The notes below the pieces were generated by a model, which saw only the letters and a program-made list of their open reading frames with translations, was not told where the DNA came from and did not search any database. A stretch of 64,000 nt of DNA from the human T2T-CHM13v2.0 reference genome, Homo sapiens, in NCBI RefSeq assembly GCF_009914755.1, contig NC_060934.1. One strand, given 5' to 3'. The translations under genes were made by a program, and so were the position numbers. Position 1 is the stretch's first letter. Every line of letters begins with the position of its first letter. Below are positions 13,439 to 26,630 of this stretch, piece by piece.

Positions 13439-14496
13439 AAAAACCGCCTTGAAAAACTCAGTAGAAGAGAAAAATACAGTAGACTGTACAAGCGTGCTCT
13501 GCAGAAGCAGATAGTGGTTTAAAATATTTTGCAATTCTGGCATGAGTGGGAAGACGTCAGAAAAGAAGACAGGGAGCTGGAGGGGAGGCCATGCCACAGG
13601 GGAAGGGGGCTGGGAGAAGGACTCCTGGACTGCGGGGTCCCCTCTGCCACTGGTCAGACAGACACATCCTGGAATGGGGATGATCAACCAGCTCCCCACC
13701 CACCAGCGGGGGTGTCCAGGGAGAACATGCCTGCCTGTGAAGGAGCTCTGTGGACTCTAAAATGCTCCCAAGTTTGGTGACATCATCTGAGCACCTGAAG
13801 CATCCTTCAGTGACAGAAATGTTTGGAAGAAGGAAAATAAACCAGGTTTGTATCAGAGTGTGGCTGCTCTCCTATTCTGATATTGGACCTTCCCAGCTGA
13901 TGGGGCTGGGGATTCACTTTCCATTATCTGGAAGGGAAGCAAACTTAAGACCAGAACAGCACATCCCAAGAGCCACGTTTTTCTTATTGCCTGGTTTACA
14001 ATTTCCTCTCAGTTTGGGTCCTGTTTTTTGAAGCTCCATTCCGAAAGCTGAATTTCTTGATCTGCTCCCTTCAAAGGGAGATGCCCTTGTCCTGAGGTGC
14101 TAAGACAAAGGAAGCTGCTTCTGCCATTCTGTGGTGGACCTCAAGGTGAGGACCGTCAAGCCCAGTGCTTTCTCCCCTGCGGGTTGTCTAGGTGTGGGCA
14201 GGAGTGGGAGAGGTCAAGATCTAGAACCAGACAGGGACTAGGAACCAAAAGATTTTCCTGAGCCAGCCACCGTTTCAGGGGTCAGAAATTTAAGCCCTGC
14301 CCCCACCACCTCCCCTTGTCTGCTGTCCCCAGACTGAAGACAGAAGAGGCACAGAGGGTGACAGCTGGAGGTGGATTCTGAGGAGGGCAGCTGAGCACCC
14401 CCAGCAGTCAGAGCTGGGTCACGCACTTCCTAAGTTGTAGGATACCAGGCCAGCTAGGTTTCTCCAGGCACAGCCTGTGGGTAAATGAGATTTTTT

Positions 14497-15549
<1,053 letters not shown>

Positions 15550-15894
15550 CTACTTTAATTGGTTTCATGTCTGGAATGAGGGACTGAAATGGAAGTGAGT
15601 CTCAGGGGAGCAGTCCTGGCACTCAGATGGCTTGTCATATTTCTTTTTTAATCTGCTGTTCTTTTCCTTAAGGCAAGGGAGGTAATCTAATTATCTTTTG
15701 AAGACAACCTCATGCGGCATTATGTTGACTTGCGCAGCTCTCACAACATAGCCCCAAGTGTGGATGGAGGGCAATGTGGTGGGGCCGTGGGATGTGGGTG
15801 TACCTGCAAGCTCTCCTGCTCCGAATCCAGGAGACTTCCTCCCCATAGGCCTGAGAGCAAAGGAGGATGTCTAAATGGGACCTGACATCAGAAA

Positions 15895-16090
15895 ACAGAA
15901 TTCGAGTCCCACCCTGGCTGTGTGACTTTGCATCAGTCATTTGCTCTCTCTGAGCCTGTCTCCTCAGTTGCAAAATGAAATTAATTTTATCTGAGTTGCT
16001 GTGAGGACTGAATGAGATCATGTGCACAGAGCCCATCCATCCCCAGGCTTGGTGCATGGTGAGCTCCCACTAACTGACAGCTGTTACTAT
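15895..16090 (+). mobile_element. MIR SINE
   Basis: gctgtgtgactttg...ctctctgagcctgtctcctc...ttgctgtgaggactgaatgagatc matches the MIR pattern. Confidence 0.7.
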
Positions 16091-16577
16091 CATGAGCTTT
16101 CTGAGACTACCATCCGCAGGGCGGGGTTCATTCTTGGAAGAGCAGACCCAAACTCCCCTTGGGCTGGGAAGGCCCTGCATGGATATGACTCACCCTTATG
16201 TTGTGAACCACAGAGAGAGGAGTTATTTTAAAACCCTCCCATACAACACAATGCACAGCAGGTGCCCCTAAGGTGCCTCTTCTCTAAATCGTGGCAATTA
16301 ATCTTGCAGGAGGTGCTGCTGGGGGCAGCCACTCACTGCTTCTTGGGCTGTGCAGGGCTTGGCTGGCTGCAGTAGGGAACTCTGCAGAGCCCCGGGAGCA
16401 CTCTGAGCCAGGGCTACCTCAACCTCTTTCCTCCAAAGAGCAAGGCTCAGAATCTGAGCTGGGTTCCAGAAGTTGCACAGCTTGTCCTTCCTTTACTTTT
16501 TATTCTCTAAAAACAATGGGTACAAATAATATATGGATAGAGTAAAAACTACGTAAAAACTATATCCAGGGAATATT

Positions 16578-16965
16578 CATGTCTATCTATTATCTTTCTA
16601 GCTATCATCTATTTATGATCAATTACCTATCTATAGAAATTTATCATCTATCATCTATTAATATCTCTATCTCTACCTATTTATGTCTGCATCAATTATC
16701 TATCCATCATCTATTATTTATCTATAGCTATTTATACCTATCTACCTCTCTATTGTCTACCTAGCATCTATTGTCTACCCATATCATCTATATATCTATT
16801 GATCTATCTACATCTAGCTGTCATCTATTTACCATCTATCAATCTATCTATACCTGTCTACCTATAGCTATACCTGTCTACCTATATGTAGACTGTATCA
16901 TCCCTCTCTCTGTTAATCGTCTATCTATGATCTATTTGTCTACCATCTATCTTTCTAAACTCTAT
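16578..16965. repeat. Degenerate (TCTA/TATC)n low-complexity tract, about 390 bp
   Basis: Dense tctatc/atcta motifs read directly from the sequence. Confidence 0.9.
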
Positions 16966-18660
16966 ACAAGTAGGACAATATTTTTCACCATCCTGTACCT
17001 TGCCATTTCACTTAATACACTATAGACCCCTTTTGGTTTAGTGGATGTACATCTACTTTTTAAAAATAGTTGCTTAATATTCCCTCATCTAGCTGCACTA
17101 TGAATTCTTTAACCAGGTCACTATTGATGGGCATTCAGGTTGTTTCAAGTACTTTGTTATTACAAATTATCCTGTCGTAAAAATACTACTGCATGCATCT
17201 TGACACCCTGTATAAGAATGAAGGGCAAATTCCTTGCAGTGGAATTGTTGGTTCAAAGGAGATGTGGATTTTAAATTCTGATACACATTGTCAAACAGTT
17301 TTTGCTTTTTTTCTTAAAGACTGTCCTGATTTATAGAACCACCCAAAGTATTCTCAGGCCAAATGCTCACCTTATCTTTTAAACGTGGTGAATTCTCTGT
17401 CTACCAGCCTGGATGGCAGACATCTCCGTGAGGCTAAACCCCATCAGGGCAGCCAGCACTGCCGGTTTATGAGACTTTTATGGACACCCCTGCTCATATT
17501 TTCACATCACTGTGTTCTCGTTTATGTTTTATGTCACCAAACACAAGCAGTCTTGTATCTTGTTTCTGTCACAGATTTTATTCACTTTCTTGGCATTTCT
17601 CTCAGGGTTTTATTAGTCATTTCTTGTTCCAGCTCCTAAATTTTCTATCACCTGCATCCCAGGGATTTGGTTGCATTCCGAAGATGATTAGAATATGAAC
17701 GGACGGTGGTAGGAGGACCCTGCAGGTCCCCAGGGCGCTCGCTGCGGCTCTGTCTCCCACTTCCGCTTGATGATTCTGGGAATGTTCTAGTCCTGCCCCT
17801 CCCCACGGGCCCCGCACCATCTGTGCTGACAGCTGGGGTTCATTTCTCCGGGAATGAACTTGGGGATTTCTGCAAAGGCTGTCCTGAGAAGCCCAGAGCC
17901 AGGTGAGCTGCTGAAATCTAGGCTTTTGTTATACCTTTAAAACACCAGGCCAAGGTCCAAATGTTCACACAAACTTTTCATCCAAACCAACTTGGGGATT
18001 CTGTGGAATCATTCTAAACTTGGTCATTTGAAAGCAGAGCCAGGAAGCAAGACAATAGGAAAGCCCAGCTAAAAGAAAAATCACAAGAGAACAAAAGCGT
18101 GTCCTGCAGAATCGCAAGTGAAACACAGGCTTCTGTCTTAGAGCAAGCAAGTTCCTCTTGCTGTTTCAGGGACTGTTAGTTGCATACTGAAGCAAACAAC
18201 AGTGGCAATATTAATTACTATGTTTTATGTCTTAACATTTTCCCTTAAAAGTTCCTGGCGGTGACAAGGATGCCAGAGATGGTAACTTCCTCAGGGAAAT
18301 GGGGGAGTCTTATTTTGAGCAGCCACCTTCACCATTCTAATTCATGGCCTCATGTGATGTTAAGTGATTCTTCTTGGCCAGGCACTGAGCTAGATGCTGG
18401 AAACAAGAAAAAACCACCTCATTCTAAGTCTTTATCTTTTATCAAAATACTATTTATAAGTCTATAGAAATCATTCAATACAAATATGATGGTAACTAGG
18501 AGTCCACCAACCCTATCCTCTAATTATAACACTGCATTTTGAGAACATAATATAAATGTCAGGTGTGGGGTGAAGCCCAGTGCTGTCTCCTCCGCAGGCT
18601 CCTACACTACACCCTGCTGCCTTTTACTGCTCATAAATGAGCAAAAGGTTGAGTCTGAAA

Positions 18661-18866
18661 TACTGGCTCTCAAGCAAGGGTGATTTTGCCTAGGCTCGGA
18701 GGACCCTTGGCAATGTCTAGAGATAGCTTTGACCACAAAGTGTAGATGGGGGGCTACCAAAGGATGCTACTAAACATCAACAATGTATAAGATCTGACAA
18801 GCCCATCCACCCAAAATATAATTATCTGGCCCCGAGTGTCAATAGTACCAAGGTTCGGAAGCCATG
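18661..18866 (+). mobile_element. MER20, diverged
   Basis: ctctcaagcaagggtgattttgcc...ttggcaatgtctagaga...ggatgctactaaacatc...aattatctggccc...tgtcaatagtaccaaggtt matches the MER20 layout. Confidence 0.8.
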
Positions 18867-18984
18867 GTCTGAAAGTATTTGTGGCAGCCACACTTAGTCC
18901 TTATGATCTGCTGTCAAGAAAACCCAATGTTTTGACACTGGGGATTTCTACGTGTTTGCAGATTTCAGGAGGGTTTTCCGGTGA

Positions 18985-19087
18985 ATGGGATAAAAGAAAA
19001 AGACACCACAATGATTTTTTTTAAAAAAGAAAACAATGTTTATTAGGATATTCTGGGGTGAGAGGATGGCCAAAGGGACTATGTACA
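18985..19087 (-). terminator. Distal cleavage/polyadenylation site of GFRA1
   Basis: Minus strand reads TGTACATA (19087-19080), then AATAAA (19044-19039), a U-rich spacer, an A8 run (19022-19015) and a GU/U-rich downstream element TTGTGGTGTCTTTTTCTTTT. Confidence 0.8.
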
Positions 19088-20078
19088 TTCTGTAGTGCTT
19101 GAGCAATAGGCTAACAGAAAATTCGAACATCACAAAACCACTTCCAAAGTCCATATTGCAAAACTTGTACTTCTACAGGAGATGTTCTTCCAAGGGTGTT
19201 GGCAATAAAGGCTGTTGCAAAACAGCTATGTGAGGCAGCCATGTGGGAGTGACCCCAGGAGAATGCTCCGGTGTCCTCTGGAAAGCAGATACACAGGACG
19301 ATGGACAAATGTGTCATCTTCTACCAGTGGGAAGCTCAGTAAACACACAATATAACATGGAGACCCGCCCGAAGCCTAACTGGAGGCTTCTCAACAAAGC
19401 TCAGTCGACCCCTCACCCCTGTTCCGAGGAGACTGGGTGTCTGAACCCCTCACTCAGGAATGAATTCTAAAAATACCCTAAAAATCAGAAGCCGCCTTCT
19501 ACTCTACCGTGCTATAAACCTGCATGAAACAGAACGAACATAAGCTGAAACACACCCTCGGGTTAAGAGTGAAAAATGCAACACCATCCAAAAGAGTACA
19601 AGAAAAAAACCCCACAGCCTAAATCTCACACAGCTTCTCAGCAGGAGTTGGATTAAACTGAGAAAATAATTTTAATATCAAGGGATAATGCACGCAAGAT
19701 GGGAAAACTTTAAAGCAAACTCTGCAGTGAAAAGTGTTTCCCCCACTCCCTTGGGCGAGGGAAGGGAGAAGAAGATAGATAATGAGGAGAACTATAAGGC
19801 CCTGGATTCAGGTTTCTGAAACTGTTTTTTTTTTTTCAACCCTCGGAGGACAATCAGCTCTTCCTGAATCCAGAAAAGCACATCAGAAATGCCCAATGAC
19901 AGACCACAGCCAAATATGGCAGGGCAAACTGATTTGGTTCTGCGATTTCCATTCTCCTCTCCACATCCGAGAAATGCCTTCAGCTACAGCTAAAAAATAA
20001 TAATAATAAAAAAAAATTCCCGATCAAGCATGCTTGGCACACCAGGAAGCTAATGCTGGATCATATAGCCCTCCAATC

Positions 20079-20080
<2 letters not shown>

Positions 20081-20128
<48 letters not shown>
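20081..20128. repeat. (TG)24 microsatellite; (CA)24 in the GFRA1 3'UTR
   Basis: Read directly. Confidence 0.97.
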
Positions 20129-20129
<1 letters not shown>

Positions 20130-23100
20130 CAGAGAGAACCACGCTTTATTGGCGGAGCCTTATGTGCCAGCGAACTGAGAAGGTCCAGGGTACCTTCACC
20201 TGCACTGCCACAGTCACCCGGTCTCGCCCCAGGTAATCAACCTTTACTGATTTTCAACGGCCCTGGTTCCCTATACTCAGGACATCCACTGGATTTTCTA
20301 ATTCTTCTTCCTACTTCACTCTAGTCTTAGGATCTGTGTTATGCTTGCAGGTGTCAGGGGTCAATGTGCACATTCGAAGTTTTGCTCCTTTGAGCACTGC
20401 TGACTGTTTGCTTTCCTCAGCTAAAGCAGCTCTGGCATCTCCTATTCCCACCTGCACCATGGCCGGTACCTGACAGCTGTGACTTCCCCGCCGCTGTGCC
20501 TACCTGGCCAAGCTCATGGCCCTCTGAGGCCCAGAGGAGTGGCTGCCCAAGTGCTCAGAGGTGGCCTTTTAGGCTCAGGATGAAGGTGGGTGTGTTTGCC
20601 TTCTCTATCATGGAAGAGCTGGATTTGCCATTGTTTGCACGTGGCCCAGGACTTACCCCTGGGAGACTGAGTCTCAGTTTCATGAATGATTTGTAAAGAG
20701 AATACAGCGTCTCCGAAGGACATGAAATGGAAGGATTCTGCCAATCTGGAAGGGATGGGTGTTTCCCTAAGCTGCTGTCAGAGGGCCCTGTGTTCTCAAG
20801 TTCAGCTCCAAATGCTGGTTTATTCCGTCAGAGTACTCACTCAGTAAACGTGCTGACTTGGTAAGCATTTGATGTTGCTTCTCAGGATACTGATGGAGAA
20901 GTTGTCACCCCTGGGGTTTGTCTGGGATCGGGGGAGTGGTCTACCTTTCTTGTCAGCATCCTGTGCTTGAGGCAGATTAAAATCTCAGCGGACTAACTGG
21001 CGAATTTCCCACAAAGTCTACCCCCGTTTTGGGCTCTGTCCTTCCTGGCGGATGTGAGCCTGTTGGGAGAGATGCTAGTTTCTCGCCTCTCAGCAGGAAA
21101 TGCCACGGGCAGATTTAAAGTCACTTGGATCCCAGTGCTTTTTCAGACCCTTTCTCCTAGGTCACCCTCAAAAACCTCAGGAGGACACATTCAGGGTCAA
21201 TACAGCTCAATGCCAGGAATACGATGCCAATAGGCCAGTTCTTGCTACCGTATGACAGAATAAAGCCCTTAAATGTCAAGGCTTTTCATTCAACCAGTTT
21301 CTGAGTACCTACTATGGGTCATGCTTTCTGCTGAAGAAGCCTGGGTGTGAGCAGCAAGAGATGTTCAAACTAAGTAAGAGTCTAAAGATCTCTGGCCAGT
21401 CTCCTGGCGCCCTACAGAAGAAAATTGGGGATTGGTAAGAAAGCCTAGCCTGAGAGGAAGAGAAGAAAATCAGAGAAAACCTTCTATTGATGCCGGTGCT
21501 GGGCTTGGCAGCTGCCCTGGAGCAAAAATTAACTCCCCATGGCAGTGGGACAAGATGCTGATATTGGCACCTGCCAGAGGCAGACAGCCGAAGTCGCAGC
21601 TGCGCTGGTCAAATGAGCTTGGAGACCTTAGGGGGCTGAGACCTCAACGACTATTAGCAGGCTGTGGTTCTCTGCAGGCAGTTTATTGGAATAGGGTTTG
21701 TGCGCCTTCTCCACCCCTCTGGGCTGGGTCTCAGAACAATCAGAAGTGCAGGTGGCACATTCTGCTGAAAACCACCCCTGCATTGTCTCTGGGAGGGAGG
21801 AGAAGCTCATCAGAGACACTGGGAGCAACAAAGGGATTCCTGGCAAGGATGAGACCATCCCCAATCCCAAAGCTAAGAAGAGGGAGCTCAGAGGAGAGTT
21901 AGCTGGAGGAACTTCGTATTTGGGGATTAGCATCATCTTCAGATCATCTGGCTCCTGAGAGAGGCTTCTCTGTCTTAAAATATATCTGTTGGAACAAAAA
22001 TTAATTTGGGTCAAACTAAATTTAGAGCTATTACGATGAAGAATTGGGGAGGGCAATACTTAGGCAATAAAGAACAAGGTGGTGGAGGGAGGCCTGAATA
22101 ATAACGATGAAAGAGAGCTGAATCAGCCAATATCCTGATATAAATGAAATGTCCTACCGAATACATCCCAGGACGGAGGGAGTGGAAAAAAACACAGATT
22201 TAAAGCCTCTGCAGTGAGAATCTTTTTCAGAGGTCCAGCCCCCACAAAGAATTCTAGACAACAGACTTAAAACAAATGGTCACTTGAGAAGCAGAGCCGT
22301 GTCAAAGCCAAGAGGTGTCAGATATACACTTGAGATATCTATCTTAGGGATGAGAGAAAAATGTAGCTTCTAAGGGTATCCAACCAAATCCCCACTTGTT
22401 TTATTTTAGAATTTCTAATAAGAAATTCCTTCCTCTGTCGTTCGGATATTATCAATAGCTCTGGCTTCCTGTCTCTAAAGAACTTCTGCCTGATTCAAGG
22501 AACTCTGGCTGTTTCGTTAGAAGGTCCCTGTTCTGATCAGTAAGGAACATCAGCGGACTCTCAGATCCATTCACCCTTGGAACATGGCCCACTGTTGCAC
22601 CTTGATTTTGCCTTATCTCGCCAACTCTCCAAGCTCAGGTGGGCCTTCTGCTGTCACTGTGCCCAGGCCAGTGGTAATTCTCTCCTGCCTGTTGTCATTG
22701 CTTTTAGGTCGTTCTTGAAAAGATGGGTGTCACATAGTCTGATGTGCTTTATCAAAGAACAGAGGCAAGAGCAAGACAGATCATGGGGGTATGAATCCAG
22801 GAGGTCATCAACAGCCTCGAAAGAGAATTAGAACACGTGAATTCATTTAAGCAGCCCTTTTCTGGTCCACAGTTTATTGATTCAAGTACATCGTGCATGT
22901 CTAACTAACTGCATGAATGAAAACTTATTTTCCAAAAGACAGCTCCTCTGAGGCCACAATTTTGTAAATAATAACAACAGAAATACATTTCCGCTGAATT
23001 CTGAGAAAAGAATTCGCTAATTATATAAACTCCCACTGCTCTTACATCTCTTTTCCCAGGCACTTTACATGGACTCCAAAATGCTTTGGCTCTCCCACTC

Positions 23101-26100
23101 TCCTAGTATAGCAGATGGAGTGCTTGGGAGTGTCTGATTTAGAGACAAGAAGGCAAGAGGGAGACGGGCGGCAGCTAGAAGCGGCCCATCCTCAGAGTGT
23201 ATGCAAGACAGGAAGTGTCTGAATATGGACCAAATCAAAGGCTGAGGCAGCTCTGGGGGAGCCCTGTCCGGTGTTTGAGGAACTCGAAGACACAACTTCT
23301 AAGACATTCTTACTACAGCACAAAAGTCTGTTAAAAAAAAAAAAAAAGAAATGGAAACCACACTCCTATCACATTCTAGATCGTTTGCTATACTTCATGA
23401 AAAATAACCTATGTTAATCTCAACTTATACTTTTTTTATTACAGACTTGAAAAAAATCAGGTATGGAAAAATAAATATGTAATTGGCATTCTCAATTCCT
23501 TCTCTATATTGTGTGCTTCTTCCTTCATGTGCTCTATTAAAAAGATACTCAAGCATGTATCGGTCAAAAATATTCAACATCAAAGTGGAATGAATGTGCT
23601 TCTAATCAGTGTGGCAATACTGCCTTTATTCCCCCTCTCTTTCTCTCTGAAATAAGTAGGGCATGGCTAGATGTAATCAGGGAGTCACGGTCTGCATGGA
23701 CCCTAGTTACTGTTTGGTTTCATCAAAATCAACTGCAATGAGATACTTCCTGCAAGACACCCAAACCTCAGCAGATAACCCCTGTCTTCAGTGGCACCCC
23801 AAATGCCCGGACTGAAGGACAGGAAGTAGCGAATCATTTTTGCTTTTAAGCACGCCAAGAAGAAGTGAGACAGGTAAATGATTTAACTTATTGTGCTCCA
23901 GTTCTGGGGCAAATGATGGTGTTTTAGGGTCACCGTGTCAAACTAAGATCACACTGAATGGCGGAAACCTTGCTTGGCTTGCTTTGATAAGAATCTCTCT
24001 AACGTGTTGTCCCTGAACAAGATGCTTCCCCCTATTTATTTAATCAGCAACTGATTTTCAAATTGAGGAGCTGGTAACTTGAATATGCTTTTATCACTGA
24101 AGAAAAATGAGATATTTGTTGGTGACAGATGAGGCTTTTCAAAATGTAATTTATATATTGCCTACCCATGCATTCTTCAATGAAGGCTGCCCTTGTTAGC
24201 GCTGAAACTCCCATTTCCGCTTTGGTCATCTGATGCTAATTAGAGCTGCTGTTACTGCAGAAGTAATCAGTAGCTTTCTACAGTGGATCACATAGAATCA
24301 GATCCCTATGAAATTAGTCCAGTGTAGATACACAGAGATACCTTAATGAAAACAAAATACACTCTGTAAGAGATATGCGCTCATAGATAACTGGCATTCC
24401 AAATATTTTGACACACTTACTTAATGTGTTTATTCAAAGTAAGAGTCTTTATAGATCTTTTCACTAATTAAATACAGTTGGGTGTCTGCTGAATTTCCCT
24501 TGAAAACATTTTGAAGTGAAAAAAGTCAGTACTGAGTACTGTACATTTGTGTTGATTAACATTTGGACACAAATATACTTTTAACACCAATAGAGCTGAA
24601 AGACTATGCCTTTATCTTGGATTTCATAGATTTCCCCTTCCCCCCAGTGACTTATCTTACAAGGCAAACACCAGCAGGCAAAGGGGATCTGTAGAAATGT
24701 GCACCCTGGTTTCCTCCTCCATCTCTTCTACCAATGTGGGAAGAAAGCCAATGCTTCCCAGCACTTTCTGAAGGTGGAATCTCCTCCTCTTTACTTAATG
24801 TTGGAGAAAAGTGGCCACCAGTACTCGATCATTGTAGATTCGGAATCTCGCCATCTAAACCAGACTTCAAAAGTGCACTTTCGGGTCTACTTAGTTAAGA
24901 AAGAGAATAATGGAAGATGATAAGTGGTTAGCAAAGCCAGATGCCTTATCACCAGGGTCCTGTTCTGCTGATCTGTGCCAAGCAACTCATCTCACCAAAC
25001 CTAATGTCAACCCTCTTGATCCACAAACCTTCCTTCTCTTCTAACATGGTCTGCAGTCTGTCACGGAGGACATGAAACAAGATGCAAGCAGATCCTTAAT
25101 GACCTTCAGACCAAACTGCTCCAAACAGTGGCCAAGACGTTGCAGTCAGGAGTAAACACAATCCTTAGGAAAAGAACTGTGCATCCCAGCATGGATGTGT
25201 TTCCAAAGAAAGGAGAACCTGCCCATGCCTCCATGTCCCAATCAAAGCTGCCTTTGTCAGATAACCTGAAAACCAAGGTACTGGATTGTGTCATGACAAG
25301 TGTGTCAAGAGATGCTGCAGAACATTTACAAGCAGCCACCAGTTCCCTCCACAGGTATGCACGCTTGCACTTCGAGCAATGACAAAAGACAATGCTTGTC
25401 TGTTCTGTTTCCTCCTGCCTGTCCACAGTCACATGATGCAGAACTTTCTGCTACAGCACGAGGCTTCTCAGAGTCTGCTTTTGATGAGCTGTATTTGTGA
25501 AGTTCATATCAGAGCGAACACTACTTATGAGGGGAAAGAAGCTCTGTGTATTTTGTATTAAACCATCAGTAAAAAAATGAGACAATATCATTACTTTCAA
25601 AATATAGAAAGCCAATAGTTGAAATCATTTAGTAGTAAAATTTTTTTCTACATATAACCTCATATGTGTAAAGAGTATTAGAGCGACATTTCAGCTATAT
25701 TGGACTTTTGTTAGGTAAAGGGCTTCTCACTCAGGTAAGGCTTAGGATTAGGAGAGTGTCGTTCAGGGATTGAGGTATTGAATCGGCACACTCATTCCCC
25801 ACTCTCTATTTTGACGAAAAGACAGATACTATATTTGGATGTGACAGGTGTTTTTTCTTTTGTACAAGAGTGCAGAACTGTTTACAGTACATAAACATCA
25901 GCGTGGAAAATGCTAGTACATATATAAAGGTGAACATCAGTACCAGCTGTTTCCACAAAGCCCACTCTTGGTAAGAATCTTCTTTGTGGCAAAAAAGCTT
26001 GGCATCAATGTAGGCTGAAATTTATATCATTAGAAATCAATGTCATTAAAGGAGATATGGGAGTTACCTTAGAAATATTAACTCCTTCTCTAGCTAGGAA

Positions 26101-26123
26101 AGGCCAGAAGTAAAACTGTTAAA

Positions 26124-26192
26124 ATCATCATCATGATCATGATGATCATCATCATGATCATGATGATCATCATCATGATCATCATCATCATC
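26124..26192. repeat. Compound (ATC/ATG)23 trinucleotide repeat with a 21-bp higher-order unit and an internal 41-bp inverted repeat
   Basis: Triplet third bases read CCCGCGG CCCGCGG CCCGCCCCC. 26127-26167 is a perfect inverted repeat around base 26147. Confidence 0.95.
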
Positions 26193-26483
26193 GAAAACAC
26201 AGCCCCAGTTTGCTTTACAGCCCAAGTTACAAACTGTCCCTTTAAAATACAGCATATCCCAAAGCCTTCTGAGTTTGGATGGAGCACTGCATCAGGTTTT
26301 TCACAGAAGCCCCAAAGGATCACAAGAAGCTTTCTTAAAAGGAAAAAAAAAAAATGTTCCAGTTGAATGGAACTGTTTCTCAACTGAGCTCCTAAACTGG
26401 AATTTCAGCTATACAAGAGAACAGGAAACAGATAACTTGGTTTTTGTCTTTTTACATGTCCATATTGTATTTTTTTAATGCAG

Positions 26484-26630
26484 CTATGATGTTTCTGTTA
26501 AAGATAATAGGGTGGACAGAGCGGTTACCACCAGGACCAGCAGTGGGCTCAGACCACAGCTTGGAGGAGCAGCCATTGATTTTGTGGTTATGTGGCTGGA
26601 AGCACCGAGACCTTCTTTTTCATAATTACC
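26484..26630 (-). CDS. GFRA1: GFRA1 last coding exon: GNYEKEGLGASSHITTKSMAAPPSCGLSPLLVLVVTALSTLLSLTETS*, GPI-anchor signal
   Basis: Acceptor ttcttccttacag|GGTAAT and TAG stop at 26486-26484. Small-residue omega region (GASS), spacer and hydrophobic tail are typical of a GPI signal. Translated by hand; it is not in the ORF track. Confidence 0.96.
   Translation of the reverse strand, partial: GNYEKEGLGASSHITTKSMAAPPSCGLSPLLVLVVTALSTLLSLTETS

Larger units (their letters stand above)
19015..26483 (-). other. GFRA1: GFRA1 long 3'UTR (about 7.5 kb)
   Basis: Runs from the stop codon to the best-formed poly(A) signal. No recognisable Alu or L1 inside. Consistent with my recollection that GFRA1 mRNA has a multi-kb 3'UTR. 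The exact 3' end is inferred. Confidence 0.8.

Noticed and set aside
16579-17025. Ser/Ile/Tyr/Leu-rich ORFs
   Set aside because: Translation of the degenerate (TCTA)n tract.
26090-26383. Poly-Met/Ile ORFs on both strands
   Set aside because: Artefact of the self-complementary ATC/ATG repeat in the 3'UTR.
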